From NCBI GenBank assembly GCA_965369655.1, contig CBDUQR010000013.1:1-62153 (forward strand): 62,153 bases of DNA. Direction: 5' to 3'. The DNA is from an uncultured bacterium (GTDB lineage Bacteria; Zixibacteria; MSB-5A5; JAABVY01; JAHJOQ01). Below the pieces are notes generated by a model. That model searched no databases. It was given only the letters and a program-made list of their open reading frames with translations, and had not been told where the DNA came from. The position numbers and the translations under genes were made by a program. This document shows, piece by piece, positions 51,013-60,525 of the stretch (position 1 is the stretch's first letter; each line of letters opens with the position of its first letter).

Positions 51013-52347
51013 ATGTCTTCTCCGATTCGCAGATTCTTCAGGATTGACGAGTCGGGAACAAGCATCGGGACGGAGACATCCGCCGGAATCACTACGTACC
51101 TGACAATGGTCTACATTGTCTTTGTCCAGCCGGCAGTCCTCTCGCAGGCCGGGATGGATCATGGCGCCGTGATGATGGCCACCTGTCTGTCGGCTGCTTT
51201 CGCATCTATCTTAATGGGATTGCTTGCCAATTACCCGATAGGACTCGCTCCCGGCATGGGGGAGAATTTCTTCTTCGTATTTACGGTCGTGATCGGGATG
51301 GGGGTTAGCTGGGAAGCGGCGTTAGCCTGCGTGTTCGTTTCAGGTGTGGTCTTCATCATCCTCTCTTTCGTGAGAATCCGCGAGATGATTATCGACGCGA
51401 TACCTCCATCCATGAAAGCAGCCATAGCTGGAGGGATCGGCCTGTTCGTAGCATTCATCGGGCTCGTTCAGGGAGGGATTATCGCGCGGCCTCCCTCCGG
51501 GATAGTTGCTCTCGGCAATCTGCACACAGCGCCCGCAATACTGACGGTCATCGGGCTGCTTCTGATCTCGATCATGATGTGTTACAAAATCAGAGGAGCG
51601 ATCCTGATCGGTATGATTGTCACACTCGTTGCTGCCCTTATCGCGGGAGTGGTGGAATACAGTGGAATAGCTTCGCTGCCGCCTTCGATTGCACCGACAT
51701 TTTTCAAGCTCGATTTCGCTGCATTAGTCGAATGGAATATGATTGCGGTGATCGTGATCTTTCTGTTCATGGATATGTTTGACACAACCGGCACGCTTAT
51801 CGGAGTGAGCCAGCAGGCGGGTTTGCTGAAAAACGGGAAACTGCCGCGAGCATCGCGGGCGCTTCTTGCCGATGCGTTTGGAACGACATTCGGAGCCGTG
51901 ACAGGAACATCAACCGTCACGAGCTTTATCGAGAGCGTCGCGGGCGTTCAAAGCGGCGGCCGAACAGGGCTGACTGCGGTCGTGGTCGGAATCCTGTTTC
52001 TCCTGACCATATTTTTCTATCCACTCATCAAGATGGTTGGTTCTGGGGTACCCATTGATGACGGAACACTGCTCTACCCGATTACAGCGCCTGCGCTCAT
52101 CGTGGTCGGCAGTCTCATGCTGCGCAGTGTCAGGGACATCGACTGGGACAACGTCGCCGAGTCTGTGCCGGCTTTCCTGATTCTGATCGGAATCCCCCTG
52201 ACATATTCTGTTGCCGACGGGCTGGCTTTCGGGTTCGTCAGTTATCCGATATTGATGCTGTTCGCGGGAAAAGGCCGCAAGGTCGCGCCGCTTGCATATA
52301 TACTCTGTGTGCTTTTCCTTGCGAGGTACATATTCCTGCAGTTGTAA
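51013..52347 (+). CDS. NCS2/AzgA family purine permease
   Basis: APGMGENFFF, DMFDTTGT, IESVAGV..GGRTGL; start moved to MSSPIRR. Confidence 0.9.
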   Translation: MSSPIRRFFRIDESGTSIGTETSAGITTYLTMVYIVFVQPAVLSQAGMDHGAVMMATCLSAAFASILMGLLANYPIGLAPGMGENFFFVFTVVIGMGVSWEAALACVFVSGVVFIILSFVRIREMIIDAIPPSMKAAIAGGIGLFVAFIGLVQGGIIARPPSGIVALGNLHTAPAILTVIGLLLISIMMCYKIRGAILIGMIVTLVAALIAGVVEYSGIASLPPSIAPTFFKLDFAALVEWNMIAVIVIFLFMDMFDTTGTLIGVSQQAGLLKNGKLPRASRALLADAFGTTFGAVTGTSTVTSFIESVAGVQSGGRTGLTAVVVGILFLLTIFFYPLIKMVGSGVPIDDGTLLYPITAPALIVVGSLMLRSVRDIDWDNVAESVPAFLILIGIPLTYSVADGLAFGFVSYPILMLFAGKGRKVAPLAYILCVLFLARYIFLQL

Positions 52348-52363
52348 CAAGGAGACTGTTTTC

Positions 52364-54199
52364 ATGAGACACTGTCTATTAGCCGGCTTGCTTCTATTCT
52401 CGATAGCCGTTAGTCTTAACGCTCTGACTCTGGATGAAGTCATGGATCGGCACATCGAGGCTCTCGGCGGCCTCGACAACATCCGCAACATAATATCCGC
52501 CAGGACTGTCGCGACTGTTGAGACTGCCGGAATGGTGGGCGAACTTACCATCAGTTATGTCTATCCGGACAAGATCAGAAATGATATTGTGCTGCCAATG
52601 GCGAAACTGATTCAGGCTGCTGATGGCGACAATATGTGGACAGTCGATCTCAATGGACAGCCTCGCAAGATGTCCGGCGACGAGAAGAAGGAGATGGTGT
52701 CGACTCTGTTTCTTGCATCCGGTAAGTATCTGGAGGCGAAATACCGAGGCGATGCCGTTTCGTACAAGGGCGAACTCAAGGTCGATGAAACGACATATCA
52801 TGTCCTGGCGATAGAGCCTGAAAACGGCTTGCCGATGACGATGTTCATCGATCCTGAGACATATCTGATAAGCTTCACAGAAGCGAAAGTGCAGATGTTC
52901 AATATCCGGGTCCGGCAGGATGACTACCGGGAAATAGATGGCGTCATGGTGGCGTTTCATTCGAAGCAGGAGACCGGTGTGGCGATACTCGATATGGAGT
53001 TGACGACGACATCCCACGAGTTCAATGTCGCGATTGATGACGGTGCCTTTCGATTTCCGAGGGATGAAGTCATCGACTATTCGATATTGGATGGCGGTCC
53101 TTCGCGAGTGAATTTCAAGCTGAGCGGAAACCATATCTACATTCCCGTGAAGATCAATGGTGCGGGGCCGTACAGTTTTGTGCTCGACAGCGGCGCCGGC
53201 TTGACGGTTGTCGGCAGCAATGTCGCATCTGATCTCAAACTTCCTGTGACAGGCGAACTGCCTGCGGTCGGGATGGGGGGCGTCGAGGTGGGAAGTTTCG
53301 CCGAAGCTGACTCCATAACCGTAGGTGACGTCGTGATCAGGAATCTGGTTATCGGGAAGATCGATCTCGAAGGGTTGAATCGTTTCACTTCGGAAAGGGT
53401 CGATGGCATTCTCGGATACGATATCTTCACAAGGTTTGTGGTCCGGATAGACTACTATGATTCTGTGTTGACTATCTTTCTGCCCGACGACAGCAGCGCA
53501 ATTGCGGACGGCTGCGTACTCGGTATTGAGATCGAAATGAATCACCCGATGATAACGGGGGTCGTCAACGACTCGATCCAGGGACGGTTCAGAGTTGACA
53601 CCGGAAGCATGAGCTATCTCGACCTGAACAGCGAAATCGTTCGGAAGTACGATCTTGTCGCGCAGTCACGCACAGAACCAGTTGAGTTGCACTTGCGAGG
53701 CATAGGCGATGAGACCATCACATCGCTTGCGGGAAGGCTTGCATCGCTGAAGCTCTGCGACTTCGAGCTTACGGATATCCCGTGCGGATTCACACTCTCC
53801 GATTCCGGCATACTGGCGATAGAATCCGTTGACGGAAACATCGGAAGCGGAATCCTCTCACAGTTTATATGCACGTTCGACTACAGCCGAAACAGGCTGA
53901 CGCTTAGTCCGAACCCGGATTTCAGCGAGCCGATCGAAATACTTTCTACCGGTCTCAGATTGATGATGGATGAGGACCGGTTTATCGTCGTCGATGTTAT
54001 CTTCGGCTCATCTGCCGCCGATAAGGAGATCATGGCAGGTGATGTCGTGGTTTCGATAGATGGCAGCGATCTGAGCGAGTTGGGATTGTTTGAGGTCATG
54101 GAATTGTTGGAACCGCCCGACCGCGAGTCTGTTGAAATCGTTATCTCGAGGGACGGGGAGAGGAAGAAAATCAGACTTGACAGGCGAATTCTGTTTTAG
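52364..54199 (+). CDS. secreted two-lobe retropepsin-like aspartic protease with PDZ domain
   Basis: Signal peptide; FVLDSGA + DGILG; FRVDTGS + GNIG; C-terminal PDZ (AGDVVVSIDG). Confidence 0.8.
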   Translation: MRHCLLAGLLLFSIAVSLNALTLDEVMDRHIEALGGLDNIRNIISARTVATVETAGMVGELTISYVYPDKIRNDIVLPMAKLIQAADGDNMWTVDLNGQPRKMSGDEKKEMVSTLFLASGKYLEAKYRGDAVSYKGELKVDETTYHVLAIEPENGLPMTMFIDPETYLISFTEAKVQMFNIRVRQDDYREIDGVMVAFHSKQETGVAILDMELTTTSHEFNVAIDDGAFRFPRDEVIDYSILDGGPSRVNFKLSGNHIYIPVKINGAGPYSFVLDSGAGLTVVGSNVASDLKLPVTGELPAVGMGGVEVGSFAEADSITVGDVVIRNLVIGKIDLEGLNRFTSERVDGILGYDIFTRFVVRIDYYDSVLTIFLPDDSSAIADGCVLGIEIEMNHPMITGVVNDSIQGRFRVDTGSMSYLDLNSEIVRKYDLVAQSRTEPVELHLRGIGDETITSLAGRLASLKLCDFELTDIPCGFTLSDSGILAIESVDGNIGSGILSQFICTFDYSRNRLTLSPNPDFSEPIEILSTGLRLMMDEDRFIVVDVIFGSSAADKEIMAGDVVVSIDGSDLSELGLFEVMELLEPPDRESVEIVISRDGERKKIRLDRRILF

Positions 54200-54286
54200 C
54201 TCTTTCGGCGAAGGCGGAGCCGCTGCCTGAGAGATTTCTCGCAGGTCAGATATCGTAATGGAACCCGGTTTGCAACGGAGGAATTC

Positions 54287-54964
54287 TTGAAGCTCACACT
54301 CCTGCTGATTGCGACGATCGCTCTATGTGCGTCTACTGCTTCTGCGCAAGATACCGAGCAGTCGGAGGACAACAGCGCACTGCAGTACATGGGGGTGAGA
54401 ATCGGTCTCTATCACACGACTTCGACCGATAAGTCGGTGTTTGTCGGTTTACCGGTCACTTCGAGCATTGGCCGCAACGCATTGTCCGCTGAGTTCTTTT
54501 ACAACTATTTTTTCCTCGATCAGATTGGATTCGAAATCATCCTCGGCAGTATCAGCAGGGGAGATATCGAGTTTGAGGATGATTTCGATCACAGGCTTAT
54601 CGGGTCGGCGAATATTTACCCGATGGCGATTGGACTGAAGCTGACACCTCTGTCCGGAATCACATCAAGAAAATTTCGACCATACATACATGGTGGCGGG
54701 TCGCTTGTGGTGACTCGGGAATTGTATGAGGGCGGTCAATTGGCGGGACAGTATAACGATCTGTACGCATTCCGGTCGCGGTCCGAGACTGATTTCGGAT
54801 GGTGGGCAGGCGGCGGACTGGAATCGTTCGTGTCGTCGTCGGTGTGTATTACATCGGATTTCAAGTATCAATCTATTAAGCATGGCGAGTACATAGCGGG
54901 ATACAAGGATCATTCAGGGTATCAGATTACCTTTGGAGTCGGATACATTTTGGGAAAACAATAG
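54287..54964 (+). CDS. OmpW/OmpA-like outer membrane beta-barrel
   Basis: Signal peptide, RPYIHGG, terminal alternating strand ITFGVGY. Confidence 0.7.
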   Translation: MKLTLLLIATIALCASTASAQDTEQSEDNSALQYMGVRIGLYHTTSTDKSVFVGLPVTSSIGRNALSAEFFYNYFFLDQIGFEIILGSISRGDIEFEDDFDHRLIGSANIYPMAIGLKLTPLSGITSRKFRPYIHGGGSLVVTRELYEGGQLAGQYNDLYAFRSRSETDFGWWAGGGLESFVSSSVCITSDFKYQSIKHGEYIAGYKDHSGYQITFGVGYILGKQ

Positions 54965-54984
54965 GCTTCTTCCAGGGAGGAGAA

Positions 54985-55986
54985 ATGGGATTCAAGGTTG
55001 CGATCAACGGTTTCGGCAGAATCGGGCGGCTCGTGCTTCGTTCGGCGCTGAAGAAGAATTCGAGTCTCGAATTCGTTTCGATCAACGATATCACCGATGC
55101 GAAAACTCTTGGCCATCTGTTCAAGTATGATTCCGTGCATGGCATCTTCGACGGTGAAGTCGCAGTCGACGGCGACAATCTTATCATCAACGGCAAAGCC
55201 GTACAGGTGACCGCCATACGGAATCCTGCCGAGCTTCCACACAAGGCAAACGGCGTTGATATCGTCATCGAGTGTACGGGCATATTCCGTGACAAGGCAG
55301 GCGCAGGCAAACACATCGAGGCTGGCGCGAAGAAAGTCCTGATATCCGCACCGGCTAAAGATCCGGATGGAACTTTCGTGCTCGGCGTCAACTGTGCCGG
55401 TTACGACAAGAGCAAGCACAACATTATTTCGATAGGTTCCTGCACTACGAATTGCCTCGCGCCGGTTGTCAAAGTGCTGAATGATTCTTTCGGTCTCGAA
55501 CATGGTCTTATGACGACGATTCATTCCTACACTAACGATCAGCGAATTCTCGACCTGCCGCACAAAGATTTAAGGCGTGCGCGTTCCGCCGCAGTTTCGA
55601 TGATCCCAACCACGACTGGCGCAGCTAAAGCCATATCTCTGGTGATACCTGAGGTGGCGGGCAAGCTCGATGGACTCTCTATCCGCGTGCCGACACCGGA
55701 TGCGTCGATAGTCGATCTTGTTGCGGTTCTCGGGAAGGATGTGACTATCGACGATGTCAACGGTGCGATGAAAGCGGCATCGGAGAGCGGATCGCTCGTC
55801 GGCTTCCTTCAGTACTGCGAAGATCCTGTCGTGTCGACCGACATCATCGGCAACCCGTACTCGTCTGTGTTCGATTCGTTGCTGACATCTGTAATAGCAA
55901 AGCGAATGGTCAAGGTGTTCTCATGGTATGACAACGAGTGGGGATTCTCGAACCGCATGGTAGATATGATGGAGAGAATGCTGTAA
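54985..55986 (+). CDS. gap: glyceraldehyde-3-phosphate dehydrogenase
   Basis: NGFGRIGR, SCTTNCL, WYDNE. Confidence 0.97.
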   Translation: MGFKVAINGFGRIGRLVLRSALKKNSSLEFVSINDITDAKTLGHLFKYDSVHGIFDGEVAVDGDNLIINGKAVQVTAIRNPAELPHKANGVDIVIECTGIFRDKAGAGKHIEAGAKKVLISAPAKDPDGTFVLGVNCAGYDKSKHNIISIGSCTTNCLAPVVKVLNDSFGLEHGLMTTIHSYTNDQRILDLPHKDLRRARSAAVSMIPTTTGAAKAISLVIPEVAGKLDGLSIRVPTPDASIVDLVAVLGKDVTIDDVNGAMKAASESGSLVGFLQYCEDPVVSTDIIGNPYSSVFDSLLTSVIAKRMVKVFSWYDNEWGFSNRMVDMMERML

Positions 55987-56017
55987 CGCCGTCAACTCCG
56001 CAGGAAAGAGTTCGAGT

Positions 56018-57214
56018 ATGAATAAGCTGATTGTAGACGACCTTGATTTAATCGGCAAGCGTGTACTTATGCGAGTTGATTTCAATGTTCCGTTGACATC
56101 CGACGGCGATGTTGCGAACGATCTTCGAGTGCAAGCCGTGCTGCCGACGATCAGGAAGATTATCTCATCCGGCGGCAAACCTGTGCTGATGTCGCATCTC
56201 GGGAGACCGAAGGGAGAGCGAAAGCCTGAGTTCTCGCTCGAACCGATTGCGGCGTGTCTCTCCGGCTTGCTGGGGAGTCCCGTAACATTCGCGTCCGATT
56301 GTATCGGAGATGAGATCGTCGAGCAGTCAAAGGCGCTCGAAGCAGGCGAGACCATGCTCGTCGAGAACGTGCGGTTCTACAAGGGTGAAACCGACAACGA
56401 CGATGGTTTCGCGAAGAGCCTGTCCGAGCTGGGTGATCTCTATGTGAACGATGCATTCGGCACCGCTCACAGGGCGCACGCATCCACAGTCGGAGTGACG
56501 AAGTATTTCGATAGATGCGCTGCGGGTTACCTGATGCAGAAGGAGATTCAGTATCTCGTCGGTGCGCTCGACAAACCGGCCAGGCCGTTTGTCGCGATCC
56601 TTGGCGGTGCGAAAATCTCTGGCAAGATCGATGTGATCAAGAACCTCTTTGACAAAGTAGACGCTATTCTGATCGGCGGCGCCATGATGTTCACGTTCTT
56701 CAAGGCGATGGGCTATGAGACAGGTGAGTCGCTCGTCGAGGACGAGAGGATCGACGTGGCGAAATCGGTTCTCGAAGATGCGAAGGCACTGAGCGTGGAT
56801 CTTGTTCTGCCGGAGGATGTCGTGGTATCCGAGGCTGCTGATGGATCGGCGGCAATACGTACAGTGGACGTCAGGAGTATCCCGGCAGGTTTCAAGGGGC
56901 TCGATATTGGAGAGAAATCGATCGATAAGTTTAGAAGTATCATCTCGAATGCGAAGACAGTAGTCTGGAATGGTCCGATGGGTCTCTTTGAGGTCGAGCA
57001 GTTTGCTGCCGGTACAAACGCCATCGCGCAGGCGCTGGCCGATCTGACTTCGAGCGGAGCGGTCACGATTGTCGGCGGCGGCGACTCGGCTGCCGCTGTG
57101 GCGAAGTCGGGTCTGCAGGAAAGGATTACACATATTTCGACAGGCGGCGGCGCAAGCCTCGAACTCCTCGAAGGCAAAACACTCCCGGGACTTGCGGCGT
57201 TAACGGATAAGTAA
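56018..57214 (+). CDS. pgk: phosphoglycerate kinase
   Basis: RVDFNVP, NDAFGTAHR, STGGGASL. Confidence 0.97.
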   Translation: MNKLIVDDLDLIGKRVLMRVDFNVPLTSDGDVANDLRVQAVLPTIRKIISSGGKPVLMSHLGRPKGERKPEFSLEPIAACLSGLLGSPVTFASDCIGDEIVEQSKALEAGETMLVENVRFYKGETDNDDGFAKSLSELGDLYVNDAFGTAHRAHASTVGVTKYFDRCAAGYLMQKEIQYLVGALDKPARPFVAILGGAKISGKIDVIKNLFDKVDAILIGGAMMFTFFKAMGYETGESLVEDERIDVAKSVLEDAKALSVDLVLPEDVVVSEAADGSAAIRTVDVRSIPAGFKGLDIGEKSIDKFRSIISNAKTVVWNGPMGLFEVEQFAAGTNAIAQALADLTSSGAVTIVGGGDSAAAVAKSGLQERITHISTGGGASLELLEGKTLPGLAALTDK

Positions 57215-57240
57215 TATCTCCGAATCGACAGGAAAGAGCT

Positions 57241-57996
57241 ATGAGACGATATATCATTGCAGGCAACTGGAAGATGCACAGGGACAGCAAGGAAACGGTC
57301 GAGCTTTGCGAAGCGATCAGGAAAAATCATACTCCCGACAGTCGCTTCGAGTTAGTAGTATGTCCGCCGTTCACCTCGATCGCTAAAGCGGTCGAATCGC
57401 TCTCCGGGACCGATATCGCTGTCGGCGGTCAGAACATGTGCTGGGAGAGTGAGGGGGCGTTTACCGGTGAGGTGAGCGCAGCCATGCTCTTGACAACAGG
57501 CTGCAAATATGTTATCTTAGGGCACTCTGAGAGACGGCAGTACTTCTCAGAGAGCGATCAGTTGATCGGCAGGAAAGTTCAACTGGCGCTGTCTTCCGGA
57601 CTTCTGCCAATCGTCTGCATGGGCGAAGTAATTGAGGACCGGGAGGCGGGCAGGACGGAGGATGTCGTCGTCGGTCAGTTCGACGGCATTTTTGCCGAGA
57701 TTGACAAGGCTGGTTTCGATAAGTGCGTCATAGCGTACGAACCGGTTTGGGCAATCGGCACCGGCAAGACTGCAACGCCTGAGATGGCGGAGGAGGTACA
57801 CGGGTTTATCAGAGGCAGGATTGCTTCGAAGTATGGAGATCAGAGCGCTGAAGATATGAGAATCCTTTATGGCGGGTCGATGAAACCGTCGAATTCTGCT
57901 GAGTTGCTTGCGCAGCCAAACATCGACGGCGGCCTGATCGGAGGAGCATCATTGAAAGCGGAAAGCTTCCTTGGAATATCATCAACTGTAAAATAG
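57241..57996 (+). CDS. tpiA: triosephosphate isomerase
   Basis: AGNWKM, GHSERR, AYEPVWAIGTG. Confidence 0.97.
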   Translation: MRRYIIAGNWKMHRDSKETVELCEAIRKNHTPDSRFELVVCPPFTSIAKAVESLSGTDIAVGGQNMCWESEGAFTGEVSAAMLLTTGCKYVILGHSERRQYFSESDQLIGRKVQLALSSGLLPIVCMGEVIEDREAGRTEDVVVGQFDGIFAEIDKAGFDKCVIAYEPVWAIGTGKTATPEMAEEVHGFIRGRIASKYGDQSAEDMRILYGGSMKPSNSAELLAQPNIDGGLIGGASLKAESFLGISSTVK

Positions 57997-58032
57997 GGCG
58001 TTCAAGTTGGGCGCTCATCCGGAGGAACTTAG

Positions 58033-58485
58033 TTGTTCACGATCTTAATTACTATTCACATTTTCGTTTCGATTGGGCTGATTATAGCGGTCCTGATGCA
58101 GTCCTCGAAGGGTGAAGGCCTTGCAGGAGCGTTCGGCGGAGGCGGAGTATCCGGCGCAGTATTCGGTGGAAGAGGCGCCGCGCCGTTTCTGTCAAAGGCA
58201 ACCACCGTATTGGCGATCACATTCATGGGAATGTGTATACTGCTGACACTTGTGACTGGCGGCGGTCGTCAGGCCGCATCATCTGCAGGATCGGCGGTTC
58301 AGGACTACGCGCGCGAACAGTCCGAGCAGGTCACACCGGCTGATGTTCAGGAGATAAATGTCGGTCAGGGTGCTGCGGAAAGCCAGGGTGAATTGCCTGT
58401 ACGAATTGTACCGACCGATCAGCAGCCGACGCAGAATGAGGGCACGCAGACCGATCAGCAGCCGGACGAAGGCTCAGGCGGCTGA
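58033..58485 (+). CDS. secG: preprotein translocase subunit SecG
   Basis: VLMQSSKGEGLAGAFGG, two TMs, follows tpiA. Confidence 0.92.
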   Translation: MFTILITIHIFVSIGLIIAVLMQSSKGEGLAGAFGGGGVSGAVFGGRGAAPFLSKATTVLAITFMGMCILLTLVTGGGRQAASSAGSAVQDYAREQSEQVTPADVQEINVGQGAAESQGELPVRIVPTDQQPTQNEGTQTDQQPDEGSGG

Positions 58486-58547
58486 CGAGTCTGACGCTGT
58501 TTCCTGACTGTACTGTTATCATGGATGATAATCATGACGGTATTCAT

Positions 58548-58629
58548 GCCGAGGTGGTGGAATTGGTAGACACGCTATCTTGAGGGGGTAGTGAGGCAAC
58601 TCGTGCGGGTTCAAATCCCGCTCTCGGCA
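58548..58629 (+). tRNA. tRNA-Leu(GAG)
   Basis: GCCGAGG acceptor, GGTAGAC D-loop, anticodon loop TTGAGGG, long variable arm, TTCAAAT; CCA not encoded. Confidence 0.93.
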
Positions 58630-58631
58630 TA

Positions 58632-58679
58632 TAGATATGAGGTCTGTAAGTCATGGATTTACAGGCCTTTCTGTATCTA
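58632..58679 (+). terminator. hairpin downstream of tRNA-Leu
   Basis: AGGTCTGTAA...TTACAGGCCT followed by TTCT, outer TAGATA/TATCTA. Confidence 0.45.
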
Positions 58680-58900
58680 TTCTAAAGGGGCGCTTGAGCG
58701 CGTGGATGTGTTTGTGAACGACAGATTCCTTCGAGGATCAGCACTCGTGTCCATATCTGCCGATGCCAGTTATGACATAAGTATAAACTGTTGTGCATAC
58801 CTTGCCGACCAGAACTGGCCGCAGTGTGATTAGATAGGAAAAAGGATGCAAACCCACCAGACGCTCCGCTCTTGGCGGGCTACCGGGTAAATTAGAAGAG

Positions 58901-58946
58901 TGTCGAAACCGCCCTTCGCAGGCTCAGGACAGGCAGGTGTTTCGAC
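58901..58946 (+). repeat. left copy of 46-bp inverted repeat flanking cytochrome cassette
   Basis: 42/46 identical (manual count) to reverse complement of 61997-62042. Confidence 0.8.
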
Positions 58947-58989
58947 ATTGTATATTGTCTACTCAACTGGGAGGATATCCAAAACAATA

Positions 58990-60516
58990 TCAAGGTGACA
59001 GTTCTACGACATCGCCTTGCTTAATATCATCAAATGATTTCAAGAACTCATCTTGCAGATATTGATGCATCTGGAAGTCAATATCTGCCGAATCGGCTGG
59101 CTGCAGGAATTTGAATGGTTCCTCATGGCCATTGGCCAGTATTGAGTGACACAGAGCACAGTCGCTGGAAATAGCTCTGCCATTTTCGTCCACCATACGA
59201 GAGTTATGGCAACTGAAACATCCGCCATCGCCTACGTGACCAATATTACTGGAGTAAGTTCCCCAGCCGATATTCATCTCAGGATGTATATTGCGATTAT
59301 AAATATCCTGCAGAACAGTGATAGCTGAGTCAATTAGTATCGACTTGCTCATTACTAATTCGGGATGATTACGCTGGTAGTAGCCATACAGGTGGTTGGA
59401 GATCCCTTCCATGGCAGCCTGCTTGTCAGGATAGCCAACCGTGATCGCATGAAGAGCCTCTCGCTTGAGAAATGGCAGTGATTTATCAAGGACGCCTCGC
59501 TTGATACGATAATCTATAGCTTGCTCGGGATTCTCGTATATATGGGTGGCACGGTTATGGCAATCAACACAATCCATTGTCCGAACAGATGAAACCTGGT
59601 TCTCTGAAGCGAATTTATCCCCTGACGAGTAGCGGTGGTAGCTCCCATCGGACCGACGTACTTCTACCCATAGGATCTTTTCCCGCATATCATCGACAGA
59701 AGAGTACCTGACTTCGTTTTCCTTCGCAACATGCCAGTGTATACCGGCCCTGGAGTTGGCCGAGCCGGCATCAACTTTCAGATTCAGTGTTGTGTACAAA
59801 GGAGTTGATGCTGAATCGTTCTGGTAATGCGCAATGGTTTTCAGTCGGGTGCCGTAGAACTTTTCCGGCCAGTGGCATTTCTCGCAAGTTTCCCGGGCCG
59901 GTCGCAACTGGTGTACGGGAGTGGGAATTGGTCGTTCAAACAGATCAAACGTCACAGAGATCATCTGCCAGATCCCGTTGAGTTTGCTGTCAATCAACGC
60001 CCGCTCACCCTCACCCACGTGACACTGCACACAGGCTACGCGGGAGTGCGGTGATTGCTGATATGTAACCCACTCAGGGTTCATCACACTGTGGCAGGCC
60101 GTCCCACAGAACTCCGGTTCATCCATAAAATGGAGCATACGCATACTGATACTAATGAGGAAAACAAGATTGATGATTGTCAGCAGTACGATGGTTCGCC
60201 CCAACCGTGACCCCATAAAACCACTCTTTACAGCGTTGCTATCGAAGCGTGTTTCAATCAGTTCCCTGGCTGATTTCCCGGTTTTTTTCTTGACGCGATG
60301 CCAGCCGACAGGGATGAGAATCAATCCAATCACAAACAGCGCCGGAAACAGCAAGTATGTTACAAGGCCTATGTAGGCATTGGTAATTATCCCAGATATC
60401 CGCGCCAGCTCCAGAATAACCAGACAGACAAACGACGAGATGGTCAGGACCACTCCCAGCCTACAGGTTTGGCAGATTGAAATGCCACGAATGAATTTGA
60501 GGTATCTTGCTAACAA
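58990..60516 (-). CDS. NapC/NirT-family membrane-anchored multiheme cytochrome c (about 6 hemes)
   Basis: Three N-terminal TMs; CGTACH, CVQCH, CEKCH, CVDCH, CFSCH, CALCH. Confidence 0.85.
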   Translation of the reverse strand: MLARYLKFIRGISICQTCRLGVVLTISSFVCLVILELARISGIITNAYIGLVTYLLFPALFVIGLILIPVGWHRVKKKTGKSARELIETRFDSNAVKSGFMGSRLGRTIVLLTIINLVFLISISMRMLHFMDEPEFCGTACHSVMNPEWVTYQQSPHSRVACVQCHVGEGERALIDSKLNGIWQMISVTFDLFERPIPTPVHQLRPARETCEKCHWPEKFYGTRLKTIAHYQNDSASTPLYTTLNLKVDAGSANSRAGIHWHVAKENEVRYSSVDDMREKILWVEVRRSDGSYHRYSSGDKFASENQVSSVRTMDCVDCHNRATHIYENPEQAIDYRIKRGVLDKSLPFLKREALHAITVGYPDKQAAMEGISNHLYGYYQRNHPELVMSKSILIDSAITVLQDIYNRNIHPEMNIGWGTYSSNIGHVGDGGCFSCHNSRMVDENGRAISSDCALCHSILANGHEEPFKFLQPADSADIDFQMHQYLQDEFLKSFDDIKQGDVVELSP

Positions 60517-60525
60517 GCTTGTCTC

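Noticed and set aside
54259-54274. sigma54-like TGGAACCCGGTTTGCA before the outer-membrane barrel gene
   Set aside because: The predicted TSS would fall downstream of the GGAGG SD, so probably coincidental
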